From Alloascoidea hylecoeti (taxonomy: Eukaryota): a DNA stretch of 64,000 nucleotides. Under the pieces are notes generated by a model that saw only the letters and a list, made by a program, of their open reading frames with translations, had not been told where the DNA came from and did no database searches. The translations under genes were made by a program, and so were the position numbers. The DNA is taken from the NCBI GenBank assembly GCA_001600815.1, contig BCKZ01000004.1, positions 62,001 through 126,000 of the forward strand, written 5' to 3'. Position 1 is the first letter of the stretch; each line of letters opens with the position of its first letter. This document shows positions 1 through 11,733 of this stretch, piece by piece.

Positions 1-397
1 TCCTTATTCCAGGAAACGATATAACACATTTAGTGGGAAAAGGGAAACACTAACAGACTCAAATCCTGAAGGACACAGGTACACGTAAAATTCCACGACC
101 CAGCCATCATCATTGATACTACTCCACCAGAGAGTTGGTTTCATCGTGTAAGACATCCACCGAAGCGACCATTTTATATATAGGTGAAGTCTGAAGAGTA
201 CACAAAACTTGTTTATGACGATCAAACTTCCTATATAGTCCAGGGCCAGCCTCCAGAATCCATAACTGATTAAAATTGTAAATTATTTAATATAATAGAG
301 GAACTGTTTTACCCCCTCATTTAGATCTGTCCATCTTTAATTTAAATTTAATTTCTTCAAATGTTTTCATTCTTTTCAAAGAATCCTTAAGAGTAAA

Positions 398-2146
398 ATG
401 AATATAACTATAGTAGAAAAAGACAACCATGGATGTATATTGAGTGAATATGATCCATCTTCTACTATTTCTTATTTCTCAAGTCAACAATGTAATATTA
501 ATACTACATTTTTAACGAAGCATAGATTGAGAATATTTCGAAATATTCATATTAATATGTATTTACCAAATACTTCAGCTATTATAAGGAAGGTACAATT
601 ACAAGATAATACAAATACTAGAACTTCTCCTAAATCGCATATTCATGTTCATAATTCTGAATCGAATTTAAACGAAATTCATATTATGAATGAAAGGGTT
701 GATCATGAGTCCCAACAAACGACAATTTCAACACAACCAACCGTTTTTCAATCATTAATAACAATATTTTTACCATCGGGATATCCAAGGACAGTACGCT
801 CTGACTATAAATATTATCAAATATACTGCATTTTTCAAGCATTTTGTAGCTCAATTTCAAGTTTATTTGCAAATAGGTCGGTTCTTGATATTGTTGGTGT
901 TGGCGATGAAGACGCAAACTCAACAGTAGCTTTATATTATACTGTAATGCAACAGGTTTTTGGTAGATTGACAACAATTTTATTCGCTTGGAAAATTGGT
1001 GAGTGGATTGAACCCGAATGTAAAAAATGGAGATTTATGGGTGATATTTATAATGATGGTGCCATATTATTAGATGTATTAGTTTCTTTGGTATTACGAC
1101 AACTGCAATTAGACCACAAAGGATACTCAACAAATTTTAAAGTGTTAGGATTGTTATTGAGTAGTGTTTTGAGAGCTTTGTGTGCTGTTGTTGCTGCTGG
1201 AAGCAAAGCAGCACTGACTGTTCATTTCACATTAAATGAAGAAGGTGGAAGTATCAGTGATGTCAGCGCCAAACAATCAAGTCAAGAAACCGCTATTACT
1301 TTATGTGGGATGCTTGTTGGAACCTGGCTGGTATATTTGGTTCCATCGGATAGTTCAGCATTGTTAATTTCTTCAATAATGATTATTTTAACATTAATCC
1401 ATTTATACACCAATTTCAAAGCGGTAGCAAGTGTGGTTATGACTGGATTAAATAGGCAACGAGCTACAATCGTATTTGGTAATTTTATAGCGAGTCCGAA
1501 CCATCAGATTTTATCTCCAAGACAAGTATCAAAATTAGAAACAATTGTTCCAGCTAGAGATGATGAATTATTTATTGATATAAAATCAAAAGAAGTTATT
1601 GGATTTGCTAAATTTGTTACTTTTGGAAATTTTCTAGAAACTGTATCAAACTCATTAAGAACTATCAATGATGAAGTTGCAGATACTTTTGATGTTGAAA
1701 GTTTATTGATTGAATGTCATTTTGGATATTATGTTATTTGGCCATGCAGTAACAATAAATTTGAACACACCACGTGCAATATTTCTGTGCTTGTGAAAGA
1801 AGGTGGAGATAACTGCCAAAAAAGATGGTTGGAACTTATAGCTTGGTTGCATGCTCTTCTACTTTGCAAATCTATCGACGAAAACCTTAACCCAGTAGCA
1901 GATAAAGATGAAAAAACATATGAGCTTGAGTCTGATCCAAACGCAACAGATAGATTGTTGCAATCACAGTTTGATACAATAAGAAAACATATTGATTCAA
2001 CTAAAGATACGATAAAAGAGTTAACCGATCTGTTGTATGATGAAGAAAAAACAGATTTTGTAAAGTTATGGAATATCTCTACTACAATGGTAAATCCAAA
2101 AAATTTAAGTGGTGAAGTTATAAATTTGAATAACAGATTTGATTAG
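398..2146 (+). CDS. RUS1/DUF647 family (root UVB sensitive / C16orf58-like) membrane protein
   Basis: 582-aa ORF with family motifs FLPSGYPRTVRSDY..YQ, EPECKKWRFMGDIYND, AAGSKAALTVHF, DVSAKQSSQET and LNRQRA. Confidence 0.85.
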   Translation: MNITIVEKDNHGCILSEYDPSSTISYFSSQQCNINTTFLTKHRLRIFRNIHINMYLPNTSAIIRKVQLQDNTNTRTSPKSHIHVHNSESNLNEIHIMNERVDHESQQTTISTQPTVFQSLITIFLPSGYPRTVRSDYKYYQIYCIFQAFCSSISSLFANRSVLDIVGVGDEDANSTVALYYTVMQQVFGRLTTILFAWKIGEWIEPECKKWRFMGDIYNDGAILLDVLVSLVLRQLQLDHKGYSTNFKVLGLLLSSVLRALCAVVAAGSKAALTVHFTLNEEGGSISDVSAKQSSQETAITLCGMLVGTWLVYLVPSDSSALLISSIMIILTLIHLYTNFKAVASVVMTGLNRQRATIVFGNFIASPNHQILSPRQVSKLETIVPARDDELFIDIKSKEVIGFAKFVTFGNFLETVSNSLRTINDEVADTFDVESLLIECHFGYYVIWPCSNNKFEHTTCNISVLVKEGGDNCQKRWLELIAWLHALLLCKSIDENLNPVADKDEKTYELESDPNATDRLLQSQFDTIRKHIDSTKDTIKELTDLLYDEEKTDFVKLWNISTTMVNPKNLSGEVINLNNRFD

Positions 2147-2796
2147 CATAATCGTGATTATAAATTTGATTTATCTAATATGCATACGACACACTTTGCA
2201 TGTAAGTTACACTTTGTACTTCTACGCGAATCTGATGGGAACTTGTATAACTATATATTATGAGTATAGAGTAATTGACGTGCCAACAACAAGTGTGATA
2301 GCAACCACGAGTTCAGAGATTCATCTTGAAATATCAAGCCCCGTAAAACTTAACTTTAAAATACCCAACTCCAAAATGGTATAACAAAACCCAAAAAATA
2401 CGCAGAAACGGAGTCTCAAATTTTCGAAAACGCTATTCTATACGCATGTTGTACCATGGATATCCAAGTTTTAATTGCTCCAAAAAACAATGTGCTTGTT
2501 CCATTTAAGACAGTAAATAAGTTTCAATAATGAAGGAATATGATCAAATGGTTCACTAAAGCTATCACATAGTATATAATATGGGTGAAGATAACTTTGA
2601 GAAGGTCTCGATCAAAGCCAATAAGATATATATATGATATTAATAGGGTTTATAATAAAGGCATATCTATATTTATTCTAGGATAAATAAATTTGGCCAC
2701 GGTGTTATATGTTTTGTTACGCAAATAGATGGTTAGATTGGTACAGCTTGACCATCTAAATGATATGCATCAGGATTACCCTCCCTGTGGCTACTC

Positions 2797-2813
2797 TTTC
2801 GCGTCGCGTCGTG
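2797..2813. promoter_or_regulatory. MCB/SCB-type G1/S cell-cycle elements upstream of MSH2
   Basis: TTTCGCGTCGCGTCGTG (reverse strand CACGACGCGACGCGAAA) about 45-60 bp before the MSH2 ATG. CpG-rich motif in an AT-rich promoter of a typical MBF target. Confidence 0.7.
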
Positions 2814-2855
2814 ATTTTTGTTTTATTCATTTGAATTCATTTATATATTTACATA

Positions 2856-5747
2856 ATGTCAGCATCACGACCAGATCTCAGTTTTTCAGATAAATCTGAG
2901 GAATCTAGTTTCTTTTCATTTTTTTTGAATTTACCAAAGAAACCTTCAACAACAATTAGGATTTTCCAAAGACAAGACTTTTATACATGTCATGGTGATG
3001 ATGCACTTTTCATAGCTGAAAATATTTATAAAACCACCTCAGCTTTAAAATATCTTGGATCAAATAATGAAAAATATCCAAGTGTATCAATGTCACAATC
3101 TGTTTTTGAAAATTTCATAAAAGAAGTTGTTGTAAATGGACAACATAAAATTGAAATTTACGAAAAAGACAATAATAATAAAGGGGGTAGAAAAAATTCA
3201 TGGAAAATTGTAAGGCAAGCATCACCAGGGAATTTAGAGGAAATTGAAGATTTATTACCAATTTCAGCATCAATCACAACAAATCCAATTGTTTTAGCCT
3301 TTAAACTTTCAACAAATTCGTCACAGAAATGTTTTGGTACATGCTTTATCGATGGTAGTCAACAAACAATTGGACTATTAGAGTTTCTTGATAATGAGCT
3401 ATTTTCAAACTTTGAGGCATTGCTTATTCAATTAGGTGTTAGGGAATGTGTCGTTGCATCGTCAAATTCACAGGATTATGATATGAACAAAATTTATGGG
3501 ATCTTAGACAGATGTGGTATTGTTATTTCAGAAGTTAAATCAAGTGATTTTTCAAGTAAAGATATCGAACAGGATCTTTCAAGATTATTAAAAACGAATT
3601 CAGATAATGATAATGATAATGATAATGAGTCTGAGTCTTTTAAATCACTAATGACAAAATCATCTACATTATCCCGAAGTTTAGACTCAGCTAGCGCATT
3701 AATCAAATACATGGGTTTATTGTCATCACCAACAAACTTCAATTCATATAAATTAATCCAGCATTCCTTAGGCCAGTATATGAGACTTGATTCGTCAGCA
3801 TTACGAGCATTGAATTTAATGCCATCATCAAGAGATTCCAATAAATCAATGTCATTATTTGGTCTGTTGAATGTGTGTAAAACCGCCGCTGGATCAAGAT
3901 TATTAACGCAGTGGATCAAACAACCATTATTAAACTTAGATGATATTAATAAAAGATTAGACCTTGTTGAAGTTTTTGTTAATGATTCTCAATTAAGACA
4001 ATTGATCCAAGAAGATCATCTCTCTGGTGTTCCTGATATTCATAGATTATCAAGAAAACTAATTCGAAAAAATGCAAATTTAGAACAAGTCATTAGAATT
4101 TATCAATTAATTATTAAACTCCCTGATTTGATTGATACTTTAAAATCACCAACATCAGATTCAATAGACGAAAAGTCAAATGAATTATTAGAAGATACTT
4201 TCATTACTAATCTGACAATGTATTACAAGAATTTATTAAAACTACAAGAATTAGTAGAGACAACTGTTGATTTAGAATCCCTTGATGATCATGAATTCAT
4301 TATAAAAGCCGATTTCGATGATTATTTAACAGAGTTGAAAACTGAATTAAACTCAATTCAGGCCGATATTCAAAATGAGCATTTAAACGTAGCTGACGAC
4401 TTAAACCTCGATTCTGAAAAGAAATTAAAATTAGACAAACATCATATTCATGGTTATGTCATGCGAGTTACAAGAAATGATGGTAAATTCCTAAGAGGTA
4501 ATAAAAAATTTATTGAAGTTGGTACGGTTAAAGCTGGTATTTATTTTACTACATTAAAAATGAAGTCATTATCTTCTAGGTTTGAAGAGATCACCGCAGA
4601 ATATGAAAAAACTCAATCAACTCTAGTTAAAGAAGTTGTTTCTATAACATCTACTTACACCCCCGTTTTGGAAAAATTAAGTCTATTATTAGCTAAATTA
4701 GATGTTATCGTCAGCTTTGCACACGTTTCTTGTTATTCATCATTACCTTATGTGAGGCCTAAAATGAATCCACCCCTTTCTCAGCTTCAATTTAAAAGTA
4801 ATGAGGATGGAGAACAGGGAACAATATTAATTGAAGCAAGACATCCTTGTATGGAAGCACAAGATGATATTACTTTCATATCAAACGACGTTAAACTTAT
4901 TAATGGTAAATCTCAATTCGCAATCATAACAGGCCCAAATATGGGAGGTAAATCCACTTATATAAGACAGATTGGAGTTATTGTTTTGATGGCACAAATT
5001 GGATGCTTTGTACCATGTTCCGAAGCACAAATTTGTATTGCTGATAGTATCTTAGCAAGAGTTGGGGCGAGTGATTCACAATTAAAAGGTGTTTCAACTT
5101 TTATGGCGGAAATGCTAGAAACCGCAACAATTTTAAAATCTGCAACAAAAAATAGTTTAATCATTATTGATGAATTAGGTAGAGGTACTTCGACATATGA
5201 TGGTTTTGGGTTAGCCTGGTCAATTTCTGAATATATTATTAAGAAAATTGGATGTTTAACATTATTTGCAACACATTTTCATGAATTAACAAATTTAGCA
5301 GATGAGAATAAAGCAGTTGAAAATTTACATGTTGTAGCACACATTGATGAAAACATGGGCAACAATGATGATAATGAATCAAAATTTGAAGGCGATGAAA
5401 TAACATTACTCTATAAAGTTGAAAGGGGGATTTCAGATCAATCGTTTGGTATTCATGTTGCAGAAGTTGTTAAATTTCCCCAAAAAGTTATTAATATGGC
5501 AAAAAGGAAAGCATCAGAGTTGGAAGATACAAACGAATCAATTAATAAGAAAAAAATGTGTAATAAAGATGAAATAGTAAATGGCACGGAGATTTTAAAA
5601 GAATTATTAAAGAAATGGTCAAAAAGCGTTGATATTGATAGCATGTCAAGTGAAGAAATAATCTTAAAATTAAAAGGTTTAGTTACAGTTGATTATAAAA
5701 ATTATTTTGAAACTAATCCCTTCTTAAAAGGCGTATTAGAGTTATGA
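2856..5747 (+). CDS. MSH2: DNA mismatch repair protein Msh2 (MutS family)
   Basis: 963 aa; ITGPNMGGKSTYIRQ Walker A, STFMAEMLETA, IIDELGRGTSTYDGFGLAW, FATHFHELT, SFGIHVAEV; Msh2-type N-terminus MSASRPDLSFSD. Confidence 0.98.
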   Translation: MSASRPDLSFSDKSEESSFFSFFLNLPKKPSTTIRIFQRQDFYTCHGDDALFIAENIYKTTSALKYLGSNNEKYPSVSMSQSVFENFIKEVVVNGQHKIEIYEKDNNNKGGRKNSWKIVRQASPGNLEEIEDLLPISASITTNPIVLAFKLSTNSSQKCFGTCFIDGSQQTIGLLEFLDNELFSNFEALLIQLGVRECVVASSNSQDYDMNKIYGILDRCGIVISEVKSSDFSSKDIEQDLSRLLKTNSDNDNDNDNESESFKSLMTKSSTLSRSLDSASALIKYMGLLSSPTNFNSYKLIQHSLGQYMRLDSSALRALNLMPSSRDSNKSMSLFGLLNVCKTAAGSRLLTQWIKQPLLNLDDINKRLDLVEVFVNDSQLRQLIQEDHLSGVPDIHRLSRKLIRKNANLEQVIRIYQLIIKLPDLIDTLKSPTSDSIDEKSNELLEDTFITNLTMYYKNLLKLQELVETTVDLESLDDHEFIIKADFDDYLTELKTELNSIQADIQNEHLNVADDLNLDSEKKLKLDKHHIHGYVMRVTRNDGKFLRGNKKFIEVGTVKAGIYFTTLKMKSLSSRFEEITAEYEKTQSTLVKEVVSITSTYTPVLEKLSLLLAKLDVIVSFAHVSCYSSLPYVRPKMNPPLSQLQFKSNEDGEQGTILIEARHPCMEAQDDITFISNDVKLINGKSQFAIITGPNMGGKSTYIRQIGVIVLMAQIGCFVPCSEAQICIADSILARVGASDSQLKGVSTFMAEMLETATILKSATKNSLIIIDELGRGTSTYDGFGLAWSISEYIIKKIGCLTLFATHFHELTNLADENKAVENLHVVAHIDENMGNNDDNESKFEGDEITLLYKVERGISDQSFGIHVAEVVKFPQKVINMAKRKASELEDTNESINKKKMCNKDEIVNGTEILKELLKKWSKSVDIDSMSSEEIILKLKGLVTVDYKNYFETNPFLKGVLEL

Positions 5748-5945
5748 TTAATTATAGCTATATCACTAGAATTTTTTACGCATTTTTTTTTAAATATATA
5801 AAATTATATTAGTGCTATAGGTTTATATCAAACAGCCACAGTTATATATTCTTTAGAGTAAATCAGAAAAGGAAAAAACTAAAATAATACTTATAGCAAA
5901 CATTTTTGCAAGAAACAATCCGAAATCTACAATAGTGAGTTAAAA

Positions 5946-8522
5946 CTATTGCTCAATAGTTTCTTCATATCCAGGAGGATATCCTTCTTCATCCCATTGG
6001 ACCTTACCTCCCGTATCAGCACCGATATGTGATCCATGATCGCTAACATTGATCTTACCTTCACTTAAACCAATTTCTTTAGTTGATACACCCAAATCGT
6101 CATGTGGTAGCCAAACAAATGGTGGCTTTTCGGTAATAGCAGGATCGTTATATGCATCATTTTCATAATTATCTGGATACTTTGGTGGATGATTATAATC
6201 CGATGGTAAAGAGTTAGAAATATCTCCAAATGAAATGAATCTTCCGTACCAAACTGTTTTAAATGAATCACTTCTATTGGTAACTCGAGTAGATGATTCA
6301 GATAAGGTAGATTCTTTTTCAGCATCTGAATTCAAACGAATTTGTCTGGGACTATCGATTTCACTAGTGTTACTAGGGCTAGGTACATCTTGACTCCTCA
6401 TATTTTTTTCGGGGTCAGATTCAGCCGTGGTAGGTTGGACATTGGTCTCGTCATCTTCACTGAATTGTAAGTTAGCTAATAATGGATCATATAACCTTTG
6501 AGTCCAAAATCTTTGGCAGAGTGCAGTAAAAAGAATCATTACACCTTGTAAAGCAATTGGCCCCCAAGATTTTGAAGTAATAAATAAGGCCAGCATGAAA
6601 ACCTCACCAAGATATAACCCAACGTAAGTTTGATAAATAGCTCTTGGATAATAAATACCTCTGCCATCACTGTTATTATTCAAGACATAGGTTAAATTAT
6701 ACATATAGGCAAGATATAATAATAAAAAGCCTAAACCAGTAAAAATTAAAATTAAGGGGGTAATAATAGAATAAGTAATTGCAATAACAGCAAGATTTGT
6801 ATAAACAGGGAAAATTGTACCCCATTTTAAGGAACCCAAAACATTATGACGACTCCATTTTTGTCTAGGTGTTTTATCTAAGAATTTTCCAAATAAATGG
6901 AATAAAATCAATCCAACAACTTGAAGTAATGCGCCACCAGAAACACTTAAACCTTGTAACAACATATAAGCGATATAAAAATTTGAAGATTTGGGTAAAT
7001 TTTCAGATAATAAAGTCATCGCATTACTTGGATCTTTAATAATTTTAGTTGCAACAGATGTTGCAGCTGAAGCTAAAGTTGTAACTAAAAACACTTGAAT
7101 AACTTGAAAAGCAAAATAAGACTGTTGTGTATGATATTCAACCAATGGATTACTAGGTGCTCCAGCAACTTTAGCCAAATATCTTAAAAACATTGCTAAT
7201 ACAGTCATTAATAAAGAAAGTAAAATAGTTGGTAATAATGCAGTCACAACTCCCATCAAAACACTTGGCAATTTATCCAAGAATTTTAAGAAATGAACTT
7301 TATCAGTTAAGAAATTAATATTTGAGATTGCACCAACAACTGCAACTGGTATAGCCCAAAATATAATGAGTACACCAATTATAATACCAGTTATTATAGC
7401 TTTTGACCTTCTTGAATTCTTCGTAAGATTTAAATTAGACCAAATAACATCAGATGGAGAAATACCAATAAATCTAGGAGACATTGGACCAGGGACTTCA
7501 TTTTTAGGTATAATTGTTTGATAAGCTATCTCTGCATGTTGTTGTGTATCAAATAATACAAATACAGAAGATTTTAGAGGGAAATTCTCCAATCCATTTT
7601 GATTTTCAAGAATTTTCTCATTTAATTCAGAACTTTTATCACGAGTATAATTTAAAGTATCAACTTTTTCACCGATTAAGAATTTTAATCTATAAGTTGG
7701 TCTTTTAACACCAAATGTTTCAAAATCATCTTGTTCACCTTCCCATTTTTTCCCCTTTTTATCACCTTTAATTTTATTTCCAATTGCTTTAATTATAACG
7801 CTATTTCCAGCCCCTTCATATTTCTTGACTAATTTTGATCTGTCCTCAACTAATTCATCCAATTCATCATGTTGTCTTGCTAACCAGACTCTTTTAACAC
7901 CTGTAAATAAAGTATTAAAGTTGTTATATGATAAATATTCTTCAGGGACATCGGTAAATAAAACAGTTTTTGATGATATTTTATTTGAATATAAGGGAGA
8001 AGTTAGTGCTGCTTGTCTAAACGCTACGAAGTATTTTATTTCACGATTCAACACAAACAATAACATTCCAAAAAATATCCAACCAATAAAGACATGAGCG
8101 TATGCTCTATTTTTGTTCTTAATATTTTGATAAGATAATAAATCAAGACCAGTTTGACCGCCGTGACCAGTTGCATTAACTGAGAACAAAACAGGATACG
8201 TTATTAAACAACCAACTAAGAAACACAAAGCCATAATGAAAAGGTATCTTAAAAAGAAATAACCATCGATTCCCGAATTTTTAATTATATAAGAATCGGG
8301 TTTTTTTAATAGATATGGAATCCAATTAAAAGGACCCTTTGGTAGATCTTCCACTCTTTTTTCCGGGGGGATTGTTTTTAAAACTGTTCTTGGTTGATAT
8401 ACTATTGTTTGCTTTGGCCTTAATATTAGAAACAGTGTAATAAATACTAAGAAAATAAGACCATTTATGATTAAAGTGGTCAAAAACTGGGACAATGAAG
8501 AACCAGTCGGGGTGTTTGCCAT
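5946..8522 (-). CDS. OSCA/TMEM63 (CSC1/RSN1/PHM7 family) calcium-permeable stress-gated channel
   Basis: 858 aa; LRPKQ..VYQPR, GIDGYFFLRYL, P.DVIWSNL, YFAFQVIQVFLVTT, LSENLPKSSNFYIAY, G.YYPRAIYQ; many transmembrane segments. Confidence 0.93.
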   Translation of the reverse strand: MANTPTGSSLSQFLTTLIINGLIFLVFITLFLILRPKQTIVYQPRTVLKTIPPEKRVEDLPKGPFNWIPYLLKKPDSYIIKNSGIDGYFFLRYLFIMALCFLVGCLITYPVLFSVNATGHGGQTGLDLLSYQNIKNKNRAYAHVFIGWIFFGMLLFVLNREIKYFVAFRQAALTSPLYSNKISSKTVLFTDVPEEYLSYNNFNTLFTGVKRVWLARQHDELDELVEDRSKLVKKYEGAGNSVIIKAIGNKIKGDKKGKKWEGEQDDFETFGVKRPTYRLKFLIGEKVDTLNYTRDKSSELNEKILENQNGLENFPLKSSVFVLFDTQQHAEIAYQTIIPKNEVPGPMSPRFIGISPSDVIWSNLNLTKNSRRSKAIITGIIIGVLIIFWAIPVAVVGAISNINFLTDKVHFLKFLDKLPSVLMGVVTALLPTILLSLLMTVLAMFLRYLAKVAGAPSNPLVEYHTQQSYFAFQVIQVFLVTTLASAATSVATKIIKDPSNAMTLLSENLPKSSNFYIAYMLLQGLSVSGGALLQVVGLILFHLFGKFLDKTPRQKWSRHNVLGSLKWGTIFPVYTNLAVIAITYSIITPLILIFTGLGFLLLYLAYMYNLTYVLNNNSDGRGIYYPRAIYQTYVGLYLGEVFMLALFITSKSWGPIALQGVMILFTALCQRFWTQRLYDPLLANLQFSEDDETNVQPTTAESDPEKNMRSQDVPSPSNTSEIDSPRQIRLNSDAEKESTLSESSTRVTNRSDSFKTVWYGRFISFGDISNSLPSDYNHPPKYPDNYENDAYNDPAITEKPPFVWLPHDDLGVSTKEIGLSEGKINVSDHGSHIGADTGGKVQWDEEGYPPGYEETIEQ

Positions 8523-8837
8523 TTTGACTTCTCTAAAAAGATGTAATAGCTATAAATTTAAAGTTGTACGATAAAAACTGACAAACGTGGAAGAAGAAAA
8601 GAAGAAAAGAGAAAAAGAGAAATCGAATCGTATTTATATTTGTATTTATAACTTATTTCAATTTAGACATTTGAAATTGCTGTTTAGTTTATTTGAATAA
8701 CTTTAGCTTTATATCTCAATACGCATGTTCCTGCAACAGTACATCATATTCCATGCACGAATACATTTAGACACCTATCAATGTCAGCCTGCATAGTCAC
8801 AAAGGAAAACACCCTTACATTCTTCTTCCTCGCAAAA

Positions 8838-8850
8838 CGCGAAAACGCGT
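8838..8850. promoter_or_regulatory. SCB-like CGCGAAA plus MCB ACGCGT upstream of RAD57
   Basis: CGCGAAAACGCGT about 25-35 bp before ATG 8874. These sites argue that 8874, not 8781, is the real start. Confidence 0.7.
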
Positions 8851-8873
8851 CGAATATTTTTAAGTCCCATTTA

Positions 8874-10109
8874 ATGGATCTTCATCAGGTTTTGCCACAA
8901 AACAGTACTTTACAATTTGATCCAAAATATACAAATTTATTGGAATCATGTTGTTCTGCCCAGTTAACAACAACTGATATATTATTTTCAACTCCACTAC
9001 AATTAGCTCAAAAATGTCATCGCAGTATAACAGAAATTTCAGAGTTTATAACCAAATTAAAGAATGAATTACTAAAAGGTGTAAAAGAACTTAACCCTGA
9101 TAAAAAGGATGAATATGAAGGATTCGGTTTCATAATAACTGGTATTCAAAAATTAGATGATCAATTAAACGGTGGTTTGCCAACTGGTAATGTAATTGAA
9201 ATTTCTGGTGAATCATCAACAGGTAAATCTCATTTTTTAATGCAATTATGTTTAACTGTTCAACTACCAATTAAATATGGTGGGCTTTCTAAAAAAGCAG
9301 TTTATATATCAACTGAATCAGGTCTTGAAACACGTCGGTTAAATGATATCATTAAAGGGCTGAAAAAGAAATATTCATCTGAAATTGAAAATTTCTCATT
9401 GTCAACAGATAATATATTTTGCATCACATGTACAGATTTAGAAACTCAGGATCATATTTTAAATTATCAATTACCAGTGATGCTATCGAAACAAGGTCAT
9501 GATATTGGTTTAATAATAATTGATAGTGTAACATCTAATTATAGATCAGAATATGAAATGAATATTTTAAAACAGAGATCAAAAAGATCAAAAGATTTAA
9601 TCCAATTAAATTTAAACTTAAGCAATATATCAAAACTATATAAATTATCAATTGTTGTCAGCAATCAAGTCAGTGATAAAACATTTCCTGATTTAACATT
9701 AAAGGATATTTCTAGTAGTTCATCTTCACATTCTCCGTCACAAACCCAATCTCAGCCACAAACTGATAAAAATGATTCATTAACATATGATTATCAATTA
9801 GGTTGGTTAAGTGGCTGGGATAAAGAAGCAATCAAATATAGTCAGTTACAAATCCAGGCGCCCCTGACGGATGAAGATTTAGCAAATAACAAAGATTATA
9901 CAAAAATTCCTGCCTTAGGATTACTATGGACAAATTGTATAAACATGAGAATAATATTACGGAAATTCCCCGTTACAAAACGTGACAGAAATCATGATCT
10001 CGAGGATAGTCATTATAGAAGATTTGTTAGTGTTATATTTGGCCCTTATAAAGATTTTAATAACGATAACCCAATCGAGTTTAGAATTACAAAAGGGGGA
10101 CTATCCTAA
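8874..10109 (+). CDS. RAD57: Rad51 paralog Rad57/XRCC3
   Basis: Walker A GESSTGKS, QLCLTVQLP..YGGL, YISTESGLETRRL, DLETQDHILNYQLP, Walker B LIIIDSV, IPALGLLW. Start placed at ATG 8874 (MDLHQVLP); the ORF extends upstream to 8781. Confidence 0.92.
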   Translation: MDLHQVLPQNSTLQFDPKYTNLLESCCSAQLTTTDILFSTPLQLAQKCHRSITEISEFITKLKNELLKGVKELNPDKKDEYEGFGFIITGIQKLDDQLNGGLPTGNVIEISGESSTGKSHFLMQLCLTVQLPIKYGGLSKKAVYISTESGLETRRLNDIIKGLKKKYSSEIENFSLSTDNIFCITCTDLETQDHILNYQLPVMLSKQGHDIGLIIIDSVTSNYRSEYEMNILKQRSKRSKDLIQLNLNLSNISKLYKLSIVVSNQVSDKTFPDLTLKDISSSSSSHSPSQTQSQPQTDKNDSLTYDYQLGWLSGWDKEAIKYSQLQIQAPLTDEDLANNKDYTKIPALGLLWTNCINMRIILRKFPVTKRDRNHDLEDSHYRRFVSVIFGPYKDFNNDNPIEFRITKGGLS

Positions 10110-10254
10110 ACTAAACAAATTCATATTATCATTAAAGTTCGGCTATTTACCCTTCGTATATATTTTTTAATACAAAATAAAAAAAAGAAAACAAATTTTA
10201 AGATGTTCATCATTATAAAACTTTAAACTTAAATCAAATCTCAAATCATAAAAT

Positions 10255-11733
10255 TTAGAGATGTAATGAGTCAATACCTCCAATTACAATAGACTTGATC
10301 ACTGTATAATCATCAAGACCATACTTTGAACCTTCTCTACCAAATCCACTTTCCTTAACACCACCAAAAGGTAAAGCACAATCAGAGATGGCACCAGCGT
10401 TAACACCAACCATACCAGTTTCAATTGCCTCAGCAACTCTGAAAACTTGAGTAACATCTTTTGAATACATATAACCAGCGAGACCAACCTCTGCTTTATT
10501 TGCATATCTAACAGCTTCTTCTTCAGTCTTAAATTTGATTAAAGCAGCAACTGGACCAAAAGTTTCGTCATATGTAATCTTCATATCTTGTGTTACATCT
10601 GTTAATAAAGTTAATTCATGATAATTTGGTCCTAACTCCTTAATAACATGACCACCGTATTCTAATTTTGCACCTTTTGATAAAGCATCTTGAATGTGAT
10701 CTTGAACTTTCTTAACAGCATTTTCATGAATCATTGGACCATGAGTAACACCAGGTTTCATACCATCACCAACAACACATTTTGATAAGGCATCCTTTAA
10801 TTTAGCAGCAAATTCATCATATAAACTTTCATGAACATAAAATCTATTTGCACAAACACAAGTTTGACCAGTACCTCTGAATTTACAAACCATTGCACCC
10901 TCAACAGCGGCATCAACATCGGCAGATTCAAAAACAATGAAAGGAGCATTACCACCCAACTCAAATGAACACTTCTTCAAGGTTGATGAAACTTGATTCA
11001 TTAAAATCTTACCAACACCTGTTGAACCAGTAAATGTCAATTTCTTTATAATTGGATTTGTACATAATTCTAAACCGAATTCACGTGTAAAAGTATGATC
11101 ACCAGTAACGATGTTAACAACACCTTTTGGAATACCAGCAATTTCACCAAGATAAGCTAAAGCCAAAGCACTTAAAGGAGTAAGATGAGCAGGTCTAATA
11201 ACGACGGTACAACCGCAAGCTAAAGCAGCACCAACCTTTCTTGTAATCATACCTGCAGGGAAATTCCATGGAGTTATGATACCGCAAACACCAATTGGTT
11301 GTCTTTCAGTAACGATTCTAACATTTGGATTGGTTGGACGGATTAAATCACCATACATTCTTGGAGCTTCCTCAGCATACCATTGAAAATAAGAAGAAGC
11401 ATAAATGATTTCACCTTTACCTTCAGCAAAAGTCTTACCATTTTCCAAAGATAATATGGCACCTAGATCATCAATATTTTCAATCATCAGATCATACCAT
11501 TTACGTAAAATTGTTGCTCTAGTTCTTGGGGCAACATGTCTCCAAGTTTTAAAAGCAACTTCAGCGTCATCAATAGCAGATTTTAATTGTGGTAGAGAAA
11601 TATTGGTAACATCAGCAATGTCCTCACCATTCGCGGGGTTTATGACTGCATAAGTGGATTCACCACTAACCCACTCACCATTAATGTAAGATTGGGTTCT
11701 TAAAAGCTCTGGATTCTTTAAAGTGTAAGGCAT
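10255..11733 (-). CDS. UGA2: Succinate-semialdehyde dehydrogenase (ALDH5, GABA shunt)
   Basis: ITPWNFP, TFTGSTGVGK, FELGGNAPFIVF, catalytic CKFRGTGQTCVCANR, ETFGP, PFGGVKESGFGREGSKYG. First ATG at 11733. Confidence 0.93.
   Translation of the reverse strand: MPYTLKNPELLRTQSYINGEWVSGESTYAVINPANGEDIADVTNISLPQLKSAIDDAEVAFKTWRHVAPRTRATILRKWYDLMIENIDDLGAILSLENGKTFAEGKGEIIYASSYFQWYAEEAPRMYGDLIRPTNPNVRIVTERQPIGVCGIITPWNFPAGMITRKVGAALACGCTVVIRPAHLTPLSALALAYLGEIAGIPKGVVNIVTGDHTFTREFGLELCTNPIIKKLTFTGSTGVGKILMNQVSSTLKKCSFELGGNAPFIVFESADVDAAVEGAMVCKFRGTGQTCVCANRFYVHESLYDEFAAKLKDALSKCVVGDGMKPGVTHGPMIHENAVKKVQDHIQDALSKGAKLEYGGHVIKELGPNYHELTLLTDVTQDMKITYDETFGPVAALIKFKTEEEAVRYANKAEVGLAGYMYSKDVTQVFRVAEAIETGMVGVNAGAISDCALPFGGVKESGFGREGSKYGLDDYTVIKSIVIGGIDSLHL

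Noticed and set aside
1..271. Coding-like fragments at the window start (e.g. DTTPPESWFHRVRHPPKRPFYI*VKSEEY...) and the 4..225 minus ORF
   Set aside because: Interrupted by stops, truncated by the window edge, and no recognisable family.
2726..2758. 10-bp hairpin TAGATGGTTA/TGACCATCTA in the MSH2 promoter
   Set aside because: An isolated short stem with no other supporting feature; plausible by chance in 64 kb.
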